A DNA stretch of 64,000 nucleotides from assembly GCA_034667005.1 (NCBI GenBank), contig JAXDKU010000023.1:5847-69846 (forward strand), read 5' to 3'. Positions within the stretch are counted from its first letter, which is position 1, and the number at the start of each line of letters is the position of its first letter. Source of the stretch: Chloroflexota bacterium (lineage in GTDB: Bacteria; Chloroflexota; Limnocylindria; Limnocylindrales; CSP1-4). The translations under genes and the position numbers were made by a program. Positions 61,207-64,000 of this stretch are shown here, piece by piece. The notes beneath the pieces are model-generated. The model was not told the DNA's origin and did no database searches. It saw only the letters and a list, made by a program, of their open reading frames with translations.

Positions 61207-62849
61207 CCCCCGCGGAGACGGCCCTGCGTTCCGTCGTCCTGATCATCGACGACGACCCGGACACGCGGGCCCTGATCGTGCTGGCCCTGAAGCGTGCTGG
61301 CCTCGGCGTGATCGATGCGCCGAGCGGGGAAGACGGCCTGGCCGCCGTGCGCGAGCATCCCGTGGAGGTGATCGTGTGCGACCTGGGCATGCCGGGCATG
61401 TCGGGCCTCGACGTGGTCCGGTCGCTGCGGAGCGACCCGCGGACCGCCACCCTGCCGTTTCTGCTGATGACCGGCTCCGGGGACGCCGACACCGTGATCG
61501 ACGCGCTCGAAGCCGGCGCCGACGACTTCCTGGGCAAGCCGGTCCGTCTCGACGAGCTCGTGGCGCGCGTCCGCGCCCACCTCCGCACACAGTCGGCCTG
61601 GAGCCAGGTCGTGGAGCAGGAGCTCCGTGGCCGCGCCGCAGCCGTGGCGGCGCTTGGCCGCCTGACCATCTCGACCGATCCTGAGCAGGCCGCGGAGCTG
61701 TTGGTCGGCGAGCTCAGCCACCGGACGGGCAGCCAGTACGTCGGTGTGCTGCGCGTGATGGCCGGCGGGGGCCTCCAGCCGCTGGCCACGTTCGACGTCG
61801 CGAACGGCGTGCGCCGTGGCGGCGCGCGGCTTCCGGCAGCCCTCGCCCGCGAGCTTCTCAACCGCACGCAGGCCGGCCCGTGGTCCAGGCGGGTGCGGCC
61901 GGCTCGCCCGGAGGAATCGGGACTCGCATTCTGGGACGCGCGCATCGATCTGGCGGCCGGTGCGCCGATCTATTCCGGCGAGCGGCTGGTCGCGATCCTG
62001 AACCTCGGCATCGCGCTGGATCCCGAGGCGCCCCTCGAGCGTGCACACGAGGCACGTCTCCTGGCGTCCGTCATCGACTTCGCGGGCGTGCTGGGCGCGG
62101 TGGCGGGACCCGCGATGGCGGACCGCGATCACGCCGCAGGCGTGCATGCGCGACTCCGCGAGGCCCTCGTGGACCGTGCGTTCCACACGGTCTTCCAACC
62201 CGTGGTTGCCCTGGAGACCCGGAACATCATGGGCTACGAGGCGCTGACCCGGTTCGACGACGGGACGCGGCCGGACGTTCGATTCGCGGAGGCGAATGCG
62301 AGCGACCTCGGGTCCGAGTACGAGCTGGCAGCCGTCGAGTCCGCACTCGTGTCATCCAGGGGGCTTCCGGACGGAGCGTTCCTCGCACTCAACGTTTCGC
62401 CCGCAGTCGTCCTCGACGCGGGCCGCCGGCTCGGCTGTCTGCTTCGCGGGGTCGACCGCAGGCTCGTGCTGGAGCTGACAGAGCACGTCGCGATCGACGA
62501 CTACGCCGCCCTGCGCCGGGCGATCGACAGCCTGGGCGGCGTGGAGATTGCTGTGGACGACGCCGGCGCCGGCTATGCGAGCCTGCGTCACCTGCTGGAG
62601 CTCCGGCCCGCCTTCGCGAAGCTCGATATCACCCTCGTCCGCAACATCCACGCCGATCCGCTGCGGCAGGCGCTGGCGGCTGGTCTCGGGTATTACGCGC
62701 AACGCACGGGGTGCCAGCTCATTGCCGAGGGCGTCGAGGCTGAGGAGGATGCGATTGCCCTCATGGGGCTCGGAGTCGATCTTGCCCAGGGCTATCTGTT
62801 CGGCCGGCCGGCGCGCCTCGGCGATGGCGGCTCTGCCGCCCCAGCCTGA
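61203..62849 (+). CDS. Response regulator with GAF-like middle region and EAL c-di-GMP phosphodiesterase domain
   Basis: REC (VLIIDDDPD...[11 protein letters not shown]...LGKPV). EAL residues [55 protein letters not shown] overlap with the kinase. Confidence 0.88.
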   Translation: MTPAETALRSVVLIIDDDPDTRALIVLALKRAGLGVIDAPSGEDGLAAVREHPVEVIVCDLGMPGMSGLDVVRSLRSDPRTATLPFLLMTGSGDADTVIDALEAGADDFLGKPVRLDELVARVRAHLRTQSAWSQVVEQELRGRAAAVAALGRLTISTDPEQAAELLVGELSHRTGSQYVGVLRVMAGGGLQPLATFDVANGVRRGGARLPAALARELLNRTQAGPWSRRVRPARPEESGLAFWDARIDLAAGAPIYSGERLVAILNLGIALDPEAPLERAHEARLLASVIDFAGVLGAVAGPAMADRDHAAGVHARLREALVDRAFHTVFQPVVALETRNIMGYEALTRFDDGTRPDVRFAEANASDLGSEYELAAVESALVSSRGLPDGAFLALNVSPAVVLDAGRRLGCLLRGVDRRLVLELTEHVAIDDYAALRRAIDSLGGVEIAVDDAGAGYASLRHLLELRPAFAKLDITLVRNIHADPLRQALAAGLGYYAQRTGCQLIAEGVEAEEDAIALMGLGVDLAQGYLFGRPARLGDGGSAAPA

Positions 62850-62853
62850 TTGT

Positions 62854-62869
62854 CGCCTGACGTCAGGCG
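62854..62869. other. Perfect 16-nt palindrome CGCCTGACGTCAGGCG just after the EAL gene stop
   Basis: Read directly from the sequence. Could be a hairpin (no U-tract) or a dimeric protein site. Confidence 0.5.
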
Positions 62870-62894
62870 GTCGATTGCCCGCAAATCGAACGGC

Positions 62895-62903
62895 TGTTAG
62901 ACT
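62895..62903 (+). promoter_or_regulatory. Candidate extended -10 box (TGtTAGACT) for rpsO
   Basis: Lies 43 nt upstream of GTG 62947 and is followed by an unusually AT-rich leader. Confidence 0.35.
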
Positions 62904-62946
62904 CCGCGGGACTAGTAGAAGAAACTTTGGATGGTTGGAGGACCGG

Positions 62947-63216
62947 GTGCCGCTCGCGCGGGAGATCAAGGAAAGCGTCGTGACCGGATATGCCACCCAC
63001 GAGGGTGACACCGGATCGCCGGAGGTTCAGATCGCGCTCCTGACGGAGCGGATCACCGGACTGACCGAGCATCTGCGCAGCTTTCCCAAGGATCATCATT
63101 CGCGGCGTGGCCTCCTCAAGCTCGTTGGACAGCGGCGTCGCTTGCTCGCATACCTGATGCGCAAGGACAATACCCGCTACCGCACGGTCATCGGCCGGCT
63201 CGGACTGCGCCGCTAG
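62947..63216 (+). CDS. rpsO: 30S ribosomal protein S15
   Basis: GTG follows [58 protein letters not shown]. The upstream 133 track codons are junk. Confidence 0.94.
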   Translation: MPLAREIKESVVTGYATHEGDTGSPEVQIALLTERITGLTEHLRSFPKDHHSRRGLLKLVGQRRRLLAYLMRKDNTRYRTVIGRLGLRR

Positions 63217-63340
63217 CGCATCTCTGACGGGGCCTCCCTGCGGGGCGGCCACGCACGACCAGTTACCTCTCCCGAGCCAATTCGGGAACGACGGCAGCCC
63301 AGCGCGCAAGGTCACTCCCTCCGTCCTCGCTGGAGGACAG

Positions 63341-64000
63341 ATGGCAGTTACGACCCTCACCACCGAGATCGGTGGCCGAACCCTTACGATCGAGACCGGC
63401 AGGATGGCTCTGCTCGCCGGCGGCTCCGTGACCGTCCGCTACGGCGACACCATGGTTCTCGGCACCGCGAACCGCTCCGAACCCCGCCCCGGGCTGGACT
63501 TCTTCCCGCTGACGGTGGACTTCGAGGAGCGCATGTACGCCGCGGGCAAGATCCCCGGCGGCTTCATCAAGCGCGAAGGGCGCGCGTCGGAGGCAGCCAC
63601 GCTGGCGGCCCGCCTGACCGACCGTCCGATCCGCCCGCTCTTTCCCGAGGGCTACAAGGATGACGTCCAGGTCGTCATCACCGTGCTGTCGACGGACCGT
63701 GAGAACGACCCGGACACCCTTGGCACGATCGCCGCATCCGCGGCGCTGACGATCAGCGAGATCCCGTTCAACGGCCCGGTCGGGTCGGTCCGCGTCGGGC
63801 GCATCGACGGTGAGTTCGTGGTCGGGCTGACCCACAGCCAGATGGCCGAGTCCCAGCTGGATCTGGTCGTCTCCGGCACGCGCGACGCGATCATGATGGT
63901 CGAGGCCGGCGCCAAGATCCTGCCCGAGGACATCATGGCCGAGGCCATCATGTTCGGGCACCGCGCCCTCGGTCCGATCATCGATCTCCAGGACCAGCTC
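63341..64000 (+). CDS. pnp: Polyribonucleotide nucleotidyltransferase (PNPase), 5' part; runs off the window
   Basis: Not in the ORF track because no stop falls inside the window. My translation from ATG 63341 (Shine-Dalgarno GGAGG) gives [40 protein letters not shown]...[28 protein letters not shown]. Confidence 0.9.
   Translation, partial: MAVTTLTTEIGGRTLTIETGRMALLAGGSVTVRYGDTMVLGTANRSEPRPGLDFFPLTVDFEERMYAAGKIPGGFIKREGRASEAATLAARLTDRPIRPLFPEGYKDDVQVVITVLSTDRENDPDTLGTIAASAALTISEIPFNGPVGSVRVGRIDGEFVVGLTHSQMAESQLDLVVSGTRDAIMMVEAGAKILPEDIMAEAIMFGHRALGPIIDLQDQL

Noticed and set aside
63263-63981. Minus-strand ORFs (232 and 109 aa) at the right edge
   Set aside because: They are antisense to the clear PNPase N-terminal sequence read on the + strand.

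Overview
High-GC bacterial chromosomal segment (about 70% G+C by eye, not computed), coded almost entirely on the + strand. It carries a Firmicute-like housekeeping array: priA-def-fmt-rlmN-rpe-dtd; rpmB<>yloV-recG-rsmD-coaD; yceD-rpmF-plsX-nusB-acpP-rnc-smc-ftsY; ffh; rpsP-ylqC-rimM-trmD; rplS-rnhB-yraN; rpsB-tsf-pyrH-frr-uppS-cdsA-dxr-rseP-ispG; proS; nusA-ylxR-infB-rbfA-nrnA-truB-ribF; rpsO-pnp (pnp runs off the 3' edge). I recognised no rRNA, tRNA, CRISPR array, transposase or integrase. Many of the long ORFs in the six-frame track are Arg/Pro/Ala-rich antisense or upstream-extension artefacts typical of high-GC DNA. True starts were re-derived where a conserved N-terminus, a Shine-Dalgarno sequence or a 4-nt stop/start overlap allowed it. 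Four regions stand out. (1) A ~10.3-kb island containing only regulators (52.7-62.9 kb) sits between ribF and rpsO. It encodes REC-HD-GYP, a multi-TM hybrid kinase with two receivers, a lone receiver, a MEDS-TetR fusion, a Crp/Fnr protein, a PAS-PAS hybrid kinase and REC-GAF-like-EAL. That gives two c-di-GMP phosphodiesterase classes but no GGDEF and no HPt domain. (2) A secreted protein (38991-40247) has six two-Cys QCNGS-type repeats, a (PTAA)20 stalk and a sorting-signal-like C-terminus. (3) The 459-bp trmD-rplS spacer is packed with tandem hairpin repeats and a 50-bp duplication. (4) The nusA leader carries an extended -10 box followed by a canonical intrinsic terminator. Smaller oddities are two conserved genes with no canonical start codon at their conserved N-terminus, apparently leaderless def and ffh, nusB inside the plsX-acpP operon, and low-complexity tails on many translation-associated proteins. 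All family assignments rest on motifs read by eye. No database search was possible.
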